A stretch of 64,000 nt of DNA. It comes from Candidatus Binataceae bacterium (GTDB taxonomy: Bacteria > Desulfobacterota > Binatia > Binatales > Binataceae). A program made the translations under genes and the position numbers. Under the pieces are notes generated by a model that saw only the letters and a program-made list of their open reading frames with translations, was not told the origin of the DNA and made no database searches. Position 1 is the stretch's first letter. The number at the start of each line of letters is the position of its first letter. The stretch is from positions 27,367 through 91,366 of the forward strand of contig DATKSL010000033.1 in NCBI GenBank assembly GCA_035531675.1, in the 5' to 3' direction. Shown here in pieces: positions 39,070 through 49,286 of the stretch.

Positions 39070-39351
39070 ATGCTCGTTCTGATCGCAAAAATAACGGTGA
39101 AGAGCGGCCGCGAACAGGAATTCGAGCGAATCGTCCGAGCTGCCGTACCGCAGGTTCGGGCAGAGCCGGATAATCACGCTTACATCTTTCACCGCTCGCC
39201 GGACAATCCGCGAATGTTCATGTTTTACGAGCAGTACACGGACCAGGCGGCGCTCGATACCCATCGGACACACCTGAAGGAAATGGGCATCGACCTTGCC
39301 TCCTTCCTGGAAGGCGGTATCGTCCGCGAGTTTTACGATCTGTTGGCCTGA
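39070..39351 (+). CDS. Antibiotic biosynthesis monooxygenase (ABM) domain protein (quinol monooxygenase-like)
   Basis: 93 aa ferredoxin-like ABM fold (MLVLIAKITVKSGREQEFE...FMFYEQYTDQAALDTHRTH). Confidence 0.7.
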   Translation: MLVLIAKITVKSGREQEFERIVRAAVPQVRAEPDNHAYIFHRSPDNPRMFMFYEQYTDQAALDTHRTHLKEMGIDLASFLEGGIVREFYDLLA

Positions 39352-40056
39352 CGATTTTAACGGCGAACAAGATCTACGAGGGACCATAAACTGGCGGCAG
39401 GATAGCGGCGTGCCTCGCGGTTGTGTATGCCGCCTTCACCCCCGACCAGTTCGATTTCGTGCTACAGACCCAGCTGCACGTCGAAAGATCATGAGCAACG
39501 CGTTCCGATCGATGATACCGCCCTCATGCGGCAGGATCGTGCGGCACGGGGACGCATTCCGGTACATCCCAGGCCGCTAGCGCAGCGCGGAGGGAGTCAG
39601 GCGGCGGGCAGCCTGCCGCCGAATCGACTCAGGCCGCCTCCCGCTCCCAGCAGGGCAGCTAGTCCGACGATGGACGAGTAACGCGTCCAGCAGTCAGCGT
39701 CAGAAATGGTCGGAAACGTTGCGTGGCCTTCAGCGATTCGCCACATCAATCGCGGAGCATGACGTTGCCCGACTGCAGCGCCATCAACTCGTTTGCTTCA
39801 GGGTATTTCGCCGAAACCGCAGGATACCAGAGATGACTCCCTTGAAGGGCGGCCGCACATGCGCCAGGTATCTTGTTCGCGAAACATGTGCGACCGGGTC
39901 TGATGGCAGCTTGATTCTGCCCTGTGTTACCCATACGCTTCGGTCAACCAATCGTGGTCAGACGCGCGCTTCGGATTCCGCGACGCGACCTCCCGCACCA
40001 ATCAGAGCCCATCATTCGGCGTTACCAGACCAGAATCCAATGGCTCTAGAAATGGA

Positions 40057-41055
40057 GTGTTTGTGTCTTCTTTTAAACGATTTCGGTTGCCGGTGATGCG
40101 TGGGTCGGTCCGCCAACAAACACATCGTCAACCAACGAATTCAGCCATCTCGCGACAAGCTGAGGTTGGCGCGTCAAACGTGGGCGCTGTGACGAGCCCG
40201 GCGATTCAACAATCCGCTGGCGGAGTGGCGGTCCATGGATCGGAGTGGCCGTGGTGGCGCACCACCAGGCATGACGCCATCGTGCTGCCGTGGGTGATTC
40301 TCATCCACGCGACGGCCCTGGTCGGCCTGATCCTGTTTCCGCTGCCCGGATGGCATGTTTTGCTTGGTGCGCTCGCACTCGCCTGGATCGGCGGAATCGG
40401 CACGACGGTCTGCTATCATCGCGCCATCGCTCATCGCGCGGTGCGGCTGAATCCCGCCGTGCGAGCAGTGCTGATCTTCTTTGCGATGTTCAATGGCGCG
40501 GGATCGCCCATCACGTGGGCGGCCAGCCACCGGGTACATCACGCTCACGCTGACACTGCGGGAGATGTTTCAAGCCCAGCATTACATGGATTCTGGTGGG
40601 GTCACTTGCGATGGCTATGGCAAGCCGAGGCGCCTCCGGTCGCGCGACTTTGCCCCGACCTCGATCGTTTTTCATATCGAATCTGGCGGCCCATGCAGCC
40701 GGCCATCCTTGCCCTGTCTTTCTTCGGCGGATTGTATTTCGGCCTTGCGGCCTTCTTCTGGCTTGGTGCGATCCGCTTGGTTTTCTCGCTCCACGCGGTG
40801 TGCTTCGTCAACAGCGTGTGCCACAGCGAACCCGGTACTCCGATTGGCGAGGACTCGAGCCGTAATGTGCGTTGGCTCGCCCTGATGCACTTCTTTCAGG
40901 GCGAGAATTGGCACCGCAACCATCACGCTCGTCCGGCCTTGGCGCGGTTGGGGCGGGCGTGGCACCAGCCAGACGTGGGCTATGTCGTGATTTGTATGCT
41001 GGAAAGCATCGGGCTGGCCAGTGACGTGCGGCGCGCACGTAACTTCGCGTCGTAG
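40057..41055 (+). CDS. Membrane fatty-acid (acyl-CoA/acyl-lipid delta-9-type) desaturase
   Basis: Three histidine boxes HRAIAHR, HRVHHAH, NHHARP with TM helices. The true start is probably downstream of the first track Met. Confidence 0.75.
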   Translation: MFVSSFKRFRLPVMRGSVRQQTHRQPTNSAISRQAEVGASNVGAVTSPAIQQSAGGVAVHGSEWPWWRTTRHDAIVLPWVILIHATALVGLILFPLPGWHVLLGALALAWIGGIGTTVCYHRAIAHRAVRLNPAVRAVLIFFAMFNGAGSPITWAASHRVHHAHADTAGDVSSPALHGFWWGHLRWLWQAEAPPVARLCPDLDRFSYRIWRPMQPAILALSFFGGLYFGLAAFFWLGAIRLVFSLHAVCFVNSVCHSEPGTPIGEDSSRNVRWLALMHFFQGENWHRNHHARPALARLGRAWHQPDVGYVVICMLESIGLASDVRRARNFAS

Positions 41056-41204
41056 CAATCGCCGGTCAGGAGCAATGAGAGACAACAGGTAGAAATCGAC
41101 GGCTGGTCTCTCAAGCTCCGAGTGCGCCGTTACTTTTTGCTCCTTTCCGCCGCAGTACTGCCGCCGGGTCGCCCGCCGGATATCCCGTGCCGCCTTTTCT
41201 TGGA

Positions 41205-41340
41205 GTGGCCTTCGGAGCCGAGGGTTGGGAGATCGAAATCCTTCCGGGCGCACCCGTCCCGACGCCAGTTTCCCGCCTTTTCGGCCGCTCGCTAGTGCCG
41301 TCTGACGCCCCGCTCTGACGCTCCGGAAATTCCGGGAAGC
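41205..41340 (+). repeat. Degenerate tRNA-Arg 3' fragment (anticodon loop to 3' end, about 50 nt) followed by repeat copy R2
   Basis: ggccttcggagccgagggttgggagatcgaaatccttccgggcgcacc parallels the tRNA-Arg segment ggacttcggatccgagggttgggggttcgaatccctccgggcgcgcc, then cgtcccgacgc...cgtctgacgccccgctctgacgctccggaaat. Confidence 0.7.
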
Positions 41341-41753
41341 GAGCGACCGCGACTTGGCCGATCTGCAAGCCCGCGTACCGCACAAGCTCATCCATCAATG
41401 ACCGTTAAGCGCTCGGCCGGCTGGGGATCTGATGCGCCGCGGCCCGCCCGGGATGTCGGCCTTCCTCAAGCTGACCTCTCAGTCAGAAGCTCTCAGAGCC
41501 TGCGTCCCGGTAATCGCCACGGGCACCGTCCGGAGCGGCCAGTCCCTGGATCGGTCGGGAAAAGTCCCGCCTCGGAACAGTGGTACGCCTCGAGGAGCGG
41601 CCCGCCAGCCGAGACGAAAAAAAGGTGAAAGGGCATTGATTGGCATCTGGCCGATTGATAAATTCCGCTTAATTCAGCTAGTGATAAGTTTTTATTGCCT
41701 ATGGTGGGTGCCGTCGTTTTCGACGGCCCATAGCAATATCGAGGGGGGCCGAA

Positions 41754-43771
41754 ATGTCGAGAAAATATGGTCTGCGGTTGGGGATGCTGGACCTGGTGCT
41801 CGCCCTGGTAATCGTTTTGGGGGGATGTGGCTCGGGGGGCGGCGGCGGGAAATACGTACCGCCAGCACCGGCCGGGGTCAGGCTGACCTCGATCACGATC
41901 GACCCGAACAATCCCGCAATCGCCGCTGGCACTAGCGTGCAATTGCAGGCCACCGGAAATTACTCCAATGGTACGACCAGGAATTTGACGGACACGGTTA
42001 CCTGGACGTCGAATGACGGGACCATTGCGCAAGTCAGCAGTTCCCTTCCAACCAAAGGCTTGACGACGGGGAGAGTACCGGTTCCACGTTGATAAACGCG
42101 ACGCTGGGATCGATCCAGGGGTCGACGACCATCGTCGTTACACCCGCCACGTTGGCTTCGATTAACGTCGATCCCCCCAACCACTCTCTCGCCAAAGGCA
42201 CCACGCTTCAATTTACCGCGACCGGAAATTTCACCGACGGCACCACCCAGACGCTGACCACGACCGCAACGTGGATGTCCGCCGACGCAACGATCGCCGC
42301 GGTCAGCGATATGGCTGGCAGCAAGGGTCTGGTGAGCGGCGTCGATCTGGGAACCGTCAGCATCACCGCGACGCAGTCCGCAATCAGCGGATCGGCCAAC
42401 GTTACCGTGACGCCCCCGACGCTCGATTCAATCACTGTAGAGCCAGTAAATCCGTCAATCGCGAAGGGCACTGAAATTCAATTGATGGCCACCGGGAATT
42501 TCTCGGACGGCACCACGCAGGACTTGACGGATGCCGCCACCTGGACCTCCGCCGCCAGCACCGTGGCTGCGGTCGGCGACACCGCGGGCAGCAAAGGGCT
42601 GGTGAGCGGATTAACGGTCGGCAGTGCTGCGATCACCGCATCCTTCGGGGCCGTCGATGGCTCCTCGACCGTAACCGTCACCTCTGCCCGATTGACCCAT
42701 ATCACCGTGGATCCGGCCTCCTCGAGCATCGCCAAGGGCACTTCCGTCGAGTTGAAAGCGAGCGGCGACTTCACAGATGGGACCACGCAGGACATTACGG
42801 ATCAGGTTGGCTGGACCTCGTCAAACAATTCGATTGCGGAAGTCAGTAACGCCGCCGGTACGCAGGGACTGGTCTCCGGAAACGACCTCGGCAGCGCGAC
42901 CATCGAGGCGACCCTCGAAGGTATTCATGGATTCGCATCGGTGACCGTAACCTCGGCGGTGCTGACGTCGATTACCGTGACGCCGGCGGATCCCACGATC
43001 TCCGAAGGAACCAACATCCAATTGATGGCGACGGGTCACTTCTCCGACTCCAGCACTGAAGATCTAACGGACGAAGCCGGATGGATCTCGGCGGACAACA
43101 CCATAGCCGACGTCAGCAATTCCCCCGGCACGAAAGCCCTGGTCACGGGAATCGGCATGGGCGTTGCGGCCGTCACGGCGACCTTTGACGGCGTGCAAGG
43201 TTCCACCAATGTAACCGTGACTGCGGCGACCCTGGTATCGATTACCGTCACCCCCGCCACGCCCTCGATCGCGAAGGGCACGACGGTACAATTGACGGCT
43301 ACCGGTCTGTTCTCCGACGCGACTACCCATGACCTGACCGACGAAGTTGGCTGGACTTCCGCCAACGCCGCCGTTGCTCAGGTCGACAGTTCGCCCGGCT
43401 ACGAAGGACTGGTCACTGGAACCGGCGTAGGCAGCACTGCCATTACCGCCACGCTCAACGGTGTCCAAGGCTCAACTACGGTGACCGTGACTGCCGCGAC
43501 GCTGCTGTTCATTACCATCACCCCGTCGAATCCGACGATGATGGATGGGACGATGCTGCAGCTCACGGCAATCGGCCACTACTCTGACTCAACCACTCAG
43601 GACGTCACCTCATCGGCGGATTGGATATCATCAGACACCCGCGTCGCCCACGTTATCACCAGTTCTGCGCATACCAACGGGCGGGTGATTGCGCGCCGCG
43701 CCGGGACGACAACCATCACTGCCGTGGTTGGCGACCTGCAGGGATCGACGGTTGTAACAGTGACGCCATGA
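41754..43771 (+). CDS. Surface lipoprotein with 7 tandem bacterial Ig-like (Big_2) domains; reading frame broken by a frameshift in a G4 tract near 42068..42071
   Basis: Lipobox LGGC after the signal peptide. The repeat unit ...LxSIxVxPxxxSIAKGTxxQLxATGxFSDGTTQDLTDxxxWTS...GLVSG... continues across the track ORF boundary (41754..42092 and 42089..43771) only with a -1 shift: ...TKGLTTG / ESTGSTLINATL. Either one missing G (5 Gs expected) or a genuine slip. Confidence 0.6.
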
Positions 43772-43852
43772 GGCAAATTTCGCAGGACTGCAACCTACGA
43801 TAGCGTGGCGCGGGACATCGGACTGCGGACCTGAGTGTAGTATCTGCGGGAA

Positions 43853-43888
43853 AACGAGGCCGGTATTCTTCCGGCCTCGTCCCTTTTC
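43853..43888 (+). terminator. Rho-independent terminator after the Big_2 gene
   Basis: cgaggccgg tattctt ccggcctcg followed by tcccttttctg. Confidence 0.6.
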
Positions 43889-43890
43889 TG

Positions 43891-43985
43891 CTCCGGGCGC
43901 GCCCCCGTGCCACACGGATTTCCCGCCTTTTCGGCCGCTCGCTAACGCCGTCTGACCTCCCTCGCTGACTCCCCGGAAATGCTCG
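43891..43985 (+). repeat. Short tRNA-Arg 3'-end fragment (ctccgggcgcgcc) followed by repeat copy R3
   Basis: 13-nt identity to the tRNA-Arg 3' end, then tttcccgccttttcggccgctcgctaacgccgtctgacctccctcgctgactccccggaaat. Confidence 0.6.
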
Positions 43986-44049
43986 GCGGCGGCGAGCGTC
44001 GGACCTGACAACAAGGCGGGCTGCTCGTCGCGTACCTCGCGAGGAATCT

Positions 44050-44565
44050 GTGTCGTCCCGTCAAATGGATCGAGCAGCGCAATTCTTTGAGCCGCCGAAT
44101 TTTTGCGCGCCGTTCGGCACCCACGCTGCGGTGGTCGAGGTTGATACCGAAACCGGAAGCGTTAACTTCCGGCGCTACGTTGCCGTCTATGACTGCGGAA
44201 CCGTGATCAATCCGCTGATCGTGGAGGGTCAGGTACACGGCGGCACCTCACAGGGCATCGGCCAGGCGCTCTACGAGGCTGTCCATTACGATGAGACCGG
44301 TCAGTTGCTGAGCGGTAGCCTGATGGACTACGCGGTACCCAAGGCGACGATGCTCTCGCACTTCGAAATCGCGAATACCGTCACGCCGACGCCGATCAAT
44401 CCGCTCGGCGCGAAAGGCATCGGCGAATCCGGATGCATCGCCGGCAGCGCCTGCGTGCTGAACGCCGTGCTTGATGCGCTGTCGCCGCTGGGTGTGCGCA
44501 GCCTCGAGATGCCGCTCAAGCCCGCGCGCATCTGGCGCGCCATCCACGAGGCGAAGCAGCGCTAA
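44050..44565 (+). pseudogene. 3' remnant (C-terminal about 170 aa) of a xanthine dehydrogenase/CoxL-family molybdopterin-binding subunit
   Basis: FGTHAAVVEVDTETGSVNFRRYVAVYDCGTVINPLIVEGQVHGGTSQGIGQALYE...PINPLGAKGIGESG...NAVLDAL is the conserved C-terminal domain of roughly 750-aa CoxL-type proteins. No N-terminal 600 aa upstream; the remnant starts right after repeat R3. Confidence 0.65.
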
Positions 44566-44873
44566 CGGCGACCCGCCGGGGTCTGCAGGCCGGCCGCCAC
44601 CCTGACCGCGCTGATTGGCTCTCCAGTTGGTCCTGATGCGCCCTCACGTTAAAGTCGATACGTTGGTCGTGCGGTATGGGATCAATCCGTCTGGCGGTTA
44701 CCAGGCACATCATCATTAGATAAGAGACGGGCAATCCCAACCTGAGTGATTAGAAGCTTTTGCGATCGCCGTGGAGCGGCGCATGGCCTCACGGCCTGAC
44801 TACTTGACTCGCTTCCGCCGCGACGTAGAATATCGCGTGAAGACGGGTTAAGAAGCGATAAATTGGGGCGGGC

Positions 44874-45140
44874 ATGAAGCGAACGACGATAGTGGGATGG
44901 GTGGCGCTAATCCTGATGGCACTGTTGGTGGTGCAACCCGTCACCGCACACGCCTACGTCGGTCCTACCGCCGGGTTGAGCCTCTTTAGCGCAGCGGTTG
45001 GCCTGCTGGTCGCTATATTCTCCGCCTTCGCAATTATTCTTCTGTGGCCGATACGTATGTTGCTCAAGTGGATCAGGGGCGCCAAAAGCACTGCGATTGA
45101 GACGGCCGAGCCTCCTCAATCCGGCGCGCCGGTGAGCTGA
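44874..45140 (+). CDS. Small membrane/secreted protein, hypothetical
   Basis: Signal peptide plus one TM helix; in the lower-GC block. Confidence 0.4.
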   Translation: MKRTTIVGWVALILMALLVVQPVTAHAYVGPTAGLSLFSAAVGLLVAIFSAFAIILLWPIRMLLKWIRGAKSTAIETAEPPQSGAPVS

Positions 45141-45194
45141 CCGCGCACACCACATCCTCTGGCTTTGTGATTGGACGCGCATGAGGCCGCGACG

Positions 45195-45959
45195 ATGGGG
45201 CTGTTCGATGTGCCGGCGCCGCTGTTTGCCTTAGTAGGTGCGTGGCTGAATCCACTGCTGCCGGACTCGGCGAGAATCGCGCTGTGGGGAGGAGTGGTCG
45301 GCGGGCTCGCAACTACTATCTACTGGCTGCTCTCACCGCAGCAGCGCATCGTCGAAATTCGCGCCAGGGCGCGTGTAGTAAGAAATGCCTTGCTTCGCTA
45401 CGACGGTGAATTCCGCGGCGTCCTGACCTTGACCGGCGAGTCGCTGGCGCTCTCTCTAAAGGAACTATCGCTGGTGATCGGGCCTGCTCTTGCCGCTTCA
45501 ATCCCGGCCCTTTGTCTGATCGCCTATCTGGGAAACAGTTACGATTACTATCTGCCATCGGCGGGTACGATGGTGTCGGTGCGCGTGAAACCGGCCGACG
45601 CCGCAGTCCACTGGTCCCCGCCTTCGGTCCTCGATCCCGAGGGTGGAGTATTCAGGATTCAATGGCCGCAATCCGGCCATGCAATCCAACTTATGTCCTC
45701 GCGCGGTGGAACGCTGGCGAGCTTTCCATTGCGCAAGCCGATCCCGAACATACAAAAGTTCGTCTGGTGGAATTTCCTGTTCGGAAATCCGGCCGGCTAT
45801 GTTCCCGCCTCGGCTGAGGTGTCGTCGATCGAACTGAAACTGACGCCCAGAGAGTTTCTATCCGTCGGTCCTGGATGGCTGCGCGGATGGGAAACGATCT
45901 TTTTCTTCTTCGCCAGCATCACGGCGCTTACTTTCCGAAAGCTATTGGTGGTGCAGTGA
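45195..45959 (+). CDS. Integral membrane protein, hypothetical
   Basis: Multiple hydrophobic helices; GAGG RBS before the ATG at 45195. Confidence 0.45.
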   Translation: MGLFDVPAPLFALVGAWLNPLLPDSARIALWGGVVGGLATTIYWLLSPQQRIVEIRARARVVRNALLRYDGEFRGVLTLTGESLALSLKELSLVIGPALAASIPALCLIAYLGNSYDYYLPSAGTMVSVRVKPADAAVHWSPPSVLDPEGGVFRIQWPQSGHAIQLMSSRGGTLASFPLRKPIPNIQKFVWWNFLFGNPAGYVPASAEVSSIELKLTPREFLSVGPGWLRGWETIFFFFASITALTFRKLLVVQ

Positions 45960-45962
45960 GCG

Positions 45963-47087
45963 ATGGCGACCGAGATTTCCTCGCCGTCACTCAGAAACGA
46001 AGCATTTTACGTTTCGAGCTGGATTCATCGTCTCGGCGGCTTGATCGCCAACCATCCGAAGCTCTCGATTCGTCTCGGCAACCTCGAATCGAGCTATCTC
46101 AGCGACCAGCTTGCGCCGATCCGAATCGATCGCCCGATCTACATAACCGGCCTGGCCCGCGCCGGCACCACTATCCTGCTGGATATCGTGGCCTCCTGCG
46201 ACGGTATCGCGACTCATCGATATCGCGATTTTCCGCCGATCTTCACGCCCTTTGCCTGGAACTGGTGGTTGGAACATATTCCGCTCAAGGAATCGCCACC
46301 GACCGAGCGCGCCCACTCCGATGGAATATTCGTCACGCCTGAAAGCCCTGAGGCGATGGAGGAGATGCTGTGGATGGCTTTTTTCCCGCAGCTTCACAAT
46401 CCCGCGCAGAGCAACGTCCTCGATGCCTCGGTCGCCAACCAAGCGTTCGAAACTTTCTACCGCGATCATCTCAAGAAGCTGATTCTCACCCGCCATGGAC
46501 GACGTTACGCTTCAAAAGACAATTATCACATCACTCGACTCGAATATCTGCACAAACTGTTTCCCGACGTCCGCTTTGTAATTCCGATCCGTCATCCTGC
46601 GGCCCATATCGCCTCGCTGATAAAGGAGCATCGCCTGTTTATCGAGGCTCATCGGCGTCACCCGCGCGCGCTGACCCACTTCCAGCGCGTCGGACATTTC
46701 GAATTCGGCGCTGACCTCAGGCCAATCAACGTCGGCGATACTGCCAGAGTCTGCGAGATTCAGGCCCTGTGGAATAGCGGCGACGAGGTGCGGGGTTGGG
46801 CGCGCTATTGGGCAATGATCTACGGCTTTGCCATCGATCGGCTCGACGCGAACCCGGCTCTACGCGGCGCATCGCTCGTGATGCGCTTCGAGGAGCTGTG
46901 CGCTAACCCGCAATCGGCGCTGACCCGTTTGTGCGAGCACTGCGGCCTGGACGGCGCTGACGCTATCGCACGACATGCCGAACGCCTGCACACCCCGACT
47001 TATTATCAGGCCAAGTTCTCTGCAGGTGAGCTCGCGAGCATCGACGAGGAAACCAGATCAGTAAGACAGCGCTTCGGATACGAGTGA
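45963..47087 (+). CDS. Sulfotransferase family protein
   Basis: 5'-PSB-like GLARAGTTIL loop and 3'-PB RHP...S region; 374 aa; about 52% GC. Confidence 0.65.
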   Translation: MATEISSPSLRNEAFYVSSWIHRLGGLIANHPKLSIRLGNLESSYLSDQLAPIRIDRPIYITGLARAGTTILLDIVASCDGIATHRYRDFPPIFTPFAWNWWLEHIPLKESPPTERAHSDGIFVTPESPEAMEEMLWMAFFPQLHNPAQSNVLDASVANQAFETFYRDHLKKLILTRHGRRYASKDNYHITRLEYLHKLFPDVRFVIPIRHPAAHIASLIKEHRLFIEAHRRHPRALTHFQRVGHFEFGADLRPINVGDTARVCEIQALWNSGDEVRGWARYWAMIYGFAIDRLDANPALRGASLVMRFEELCANPQSALTRLCEHCGLDGADAIARHAERLHTPTYYQAKFSAGELASIDEETRSVRQRFGYE

Positions 47088-47114
47088 CTATCCGTCGAGC
47101 CGGAGATAGAGTCA

Positions 47115-48434
47115 ATGGCACGAACACCAAATTGGTTTGGCCACTTGAACCGAACAGCCCTGTTTCTGGTATTCGGCTTCTTCTGCGTACTGTTCGGTTT
47201 CCTTGCCACCATTACCGGGATGTTCCCCGCCCCCTTTTTCCGTGCCGCACTCCTTGAGCTCTCCGGACGCGGTGCGGTCGGTTTATTTCAATCCGACCTC
47301 TATGTTCCAGCCGACTCCGCAAAGGCAGGAATCACCCGTTACGATCCGCAACGAGCCTACAACGGCTATACGATTTTCACCTCAGCCCACACTCAAGGCG
47401 CATTTCTGATCGATATGAAAGGAAAGGTGGTCCACAAATGGGCGCTACCTTATTCGAAGGTATGGAACAGAGATGCCGCGGTAACAAAGCCCCCTACCAC
47501 AGGTGTCTTTTGGGACAAAGCCTACCTCTATCCCAACGGGGACGTGCTCGCCATTTACAGCTGTTTGGGACAGCGGCTTTACGGCTGCGGGCTTGTGAAA
47601 ATGGATCAGTACTCGCATCCGCAGTGGACCTATCTTAAGCATGTGCATCACGACGTTACGGTCGGAGCGGATGGCAAGATTTACACGCTTACCCAAAGAT
47701 CCAGAGCGCAGGTGCCTCCAGCAGCCGGCGACATCGCGCTGCCCACCATCGACGACTCTGTGGTCGTGCTGTCGCCTCAAGGAAAGGTACTCAAAGAGGT
47801 CTCGGTGCTGGATGCGCTTGCCGGGTCAAAGTACCACGGCATCCTCGCCCTTCAGCGATATATGGGTGAGGAAGGTTACGATCAGGATCCCCTCCATGTT
47901 AATAGCGTTACACCGATGCCGGCGAGTTTTCGCAAGACATTTCCCTTCGCCGGACCGGATACGGTACTCATTTCAAGCCGGGATCTCGATACTATCGCAT
48001 TACTTGACCTGGATTCCGGGAAAATAGTCTGGCTGCTTCATGGACCGTTTGCCCGGCAACACGATGCAGAATTCCTTGCCAACGGAGATTTGATGGTTTT
48101 CGACGATCTCGGAGATACTTCGAACGGGAGGTATAGCCGTGTTCTGGAATTCCAACCGGATCCATTCAAGATTGTATGGCAGTTTCCGGGCGACAGCGGA
48201 GAAAAGCTTGACAGCGAAATTCTCGGCTCGGTTCAGAAGCTCCCCAACGGCAACGTGCTGATTACAGACGGCGACAAGGGGCGAATTCTCGAAGTTACGC
48301 CGGAAAAGAAAGTTGTATGGGAATACAACAATGCTTTTCGGCAGGGAGATAAGAAGGAGTACGTACCGATAATCCGCTGGGCGCGTCGCTTCGCCCCCGA
48401 TCGACTACATTTTAAGTTGGACCAGGATGGTTGA
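47115..48434 (+). CDS. Membrane-anchored beta-propeller protein, arylsulfotransferase (ASST)-like
   Basis: N-terminal TM, then propeller-like repeats with HD..V..DG.IY / NGN.L..D motifs reminiscent of ASST. The family call is tentative. Confidence 0.4.
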   Translation: MARTPNWFGHLNRTALFLVFGFFCVLFGFLATITGMFPAPFFRAALLELSGRGAVGLFQSDLYVPADSAKAGITRYDPQRAYNGYTIFTSAHTQGAFLIDMKGKVVHKWALPYSKVWNRDAAVTKPPTTGVFWDKAYLYPNGDVLAIYSCLGQRLYGCGLVKMDQYSHPQWTYLKHVHHDVTVGADGKIYTLTQRSRAQVPPAAGDIALPTIDDSVVVLSPQGKVLKEVSVLDALAGSKYHGILALQRYMGEEGYDQDPLHVNSVTPMPASFRKTFPFAGPDTVLISSRDLDTIALLDLDSGKIVWLLHGPFARQHDAEFLANGDLMVFDDLGDTSNGRYSRVLEFQPDPFKIVWQFPGDSGEKLDSEILGSVQKLPNGNVLITDGDKGRILEVTPEKKVVWEYNNAFRQGDKKEYVPIIRWARRFAPDRLHFKLDQDG

Positions 48435-48707
48435 TCCTGCCTACGTTCGGTCAATGAAGAGGACCATGCGCCGCCTAGTAGAGCCGCATGCCACTGCCGT
48501 CGCGGCGAGTTCGCAATCGAAGTGTTGTCGGCGTTCAACCAGTTCAACCTGAACTCATAGAAACGCGGTGCTTTTCCCGCACCAACGCCCCGCGGAAGAC
48601 TTGCAGAAGAAGCCCGCCCGGCCTATACGGAAGCAGTGATCGAGACTGACGGCGGCAATCGCGGTACAATGCCGCCAGCGATTCGACCAACGAGGAGTCA
48701 GGCCATT

Positions 48708-49286
48708 ATGTCGCGCATACGTCCCGCCAAATTTGTCCATGTGGTTTACCGTACCCGGCGCTTCGAGCAGATGGTCCAGTGGTACCGGGCGGTGTTCGAC
48801 GCCAAGGTGCAGTTTCAGAACCCGGTGCTGGCCTTTCTCACCTATGATGACGAGCATCATCGGATTGCACTGATCAACATGGCAGAGGCGCAACCGCAAG
48901 GGACCGAGAGCGATCGGCGCGGGGTGATCGGCGTCGATCACGTCGCCTACACCTATGCATCGGTCAACGACCTGTTCGAAAATTACGCGCAATTGAAGGA
49001 GCAGGGCATCCTGCCCTACTGGTGTATCCACCACGGCGTGACGCTCTCGATGTACTACGCCGATCCCGATGGCAACCAGATGGAGTTTCAGGTCGATGCT
49101 TTCGGCTCGGCCGAAGAGGCCAACGCATATATGCGTGGTCCGCACTACGGCACGAATCCGATCGGCGTCGAATACGACCCGGACGAAATTCTGGCCCGGC
49201 TGCGCTCCGGGACGCCAGGGTCTGACTTCCTGATGCGCCAGAGCGATCTACCGATAGCGCCACTTCGCGGGTCAATCGGATCCTGA
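48708..49286 (+). CDS. VOC family protein (extradiol dioxygenase/glyoxalase fold)
   Basis: FVHVVYRT...HHRIAL...VDHVAY; GAGGAG RBS before the ATG at 48708. Confidence 0.65.
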   Translation: MSRIRPAKFVHVVYRTRRFEQMVQWYRAVFDAKVQFQNPVLAFLTYDDEHHRIALINMAEAQPQGTESDRRGVIGVDHVAYTYASVNDLFENYAQLKEQGILPYWCIHHGVTLSMYYADPDGNQMEFQVDAFGSAEEANAYMRGPHYGTNPIGVEYDPDEILARLRSGTPGSDFLMRQSDLPIAPLRGSIGS

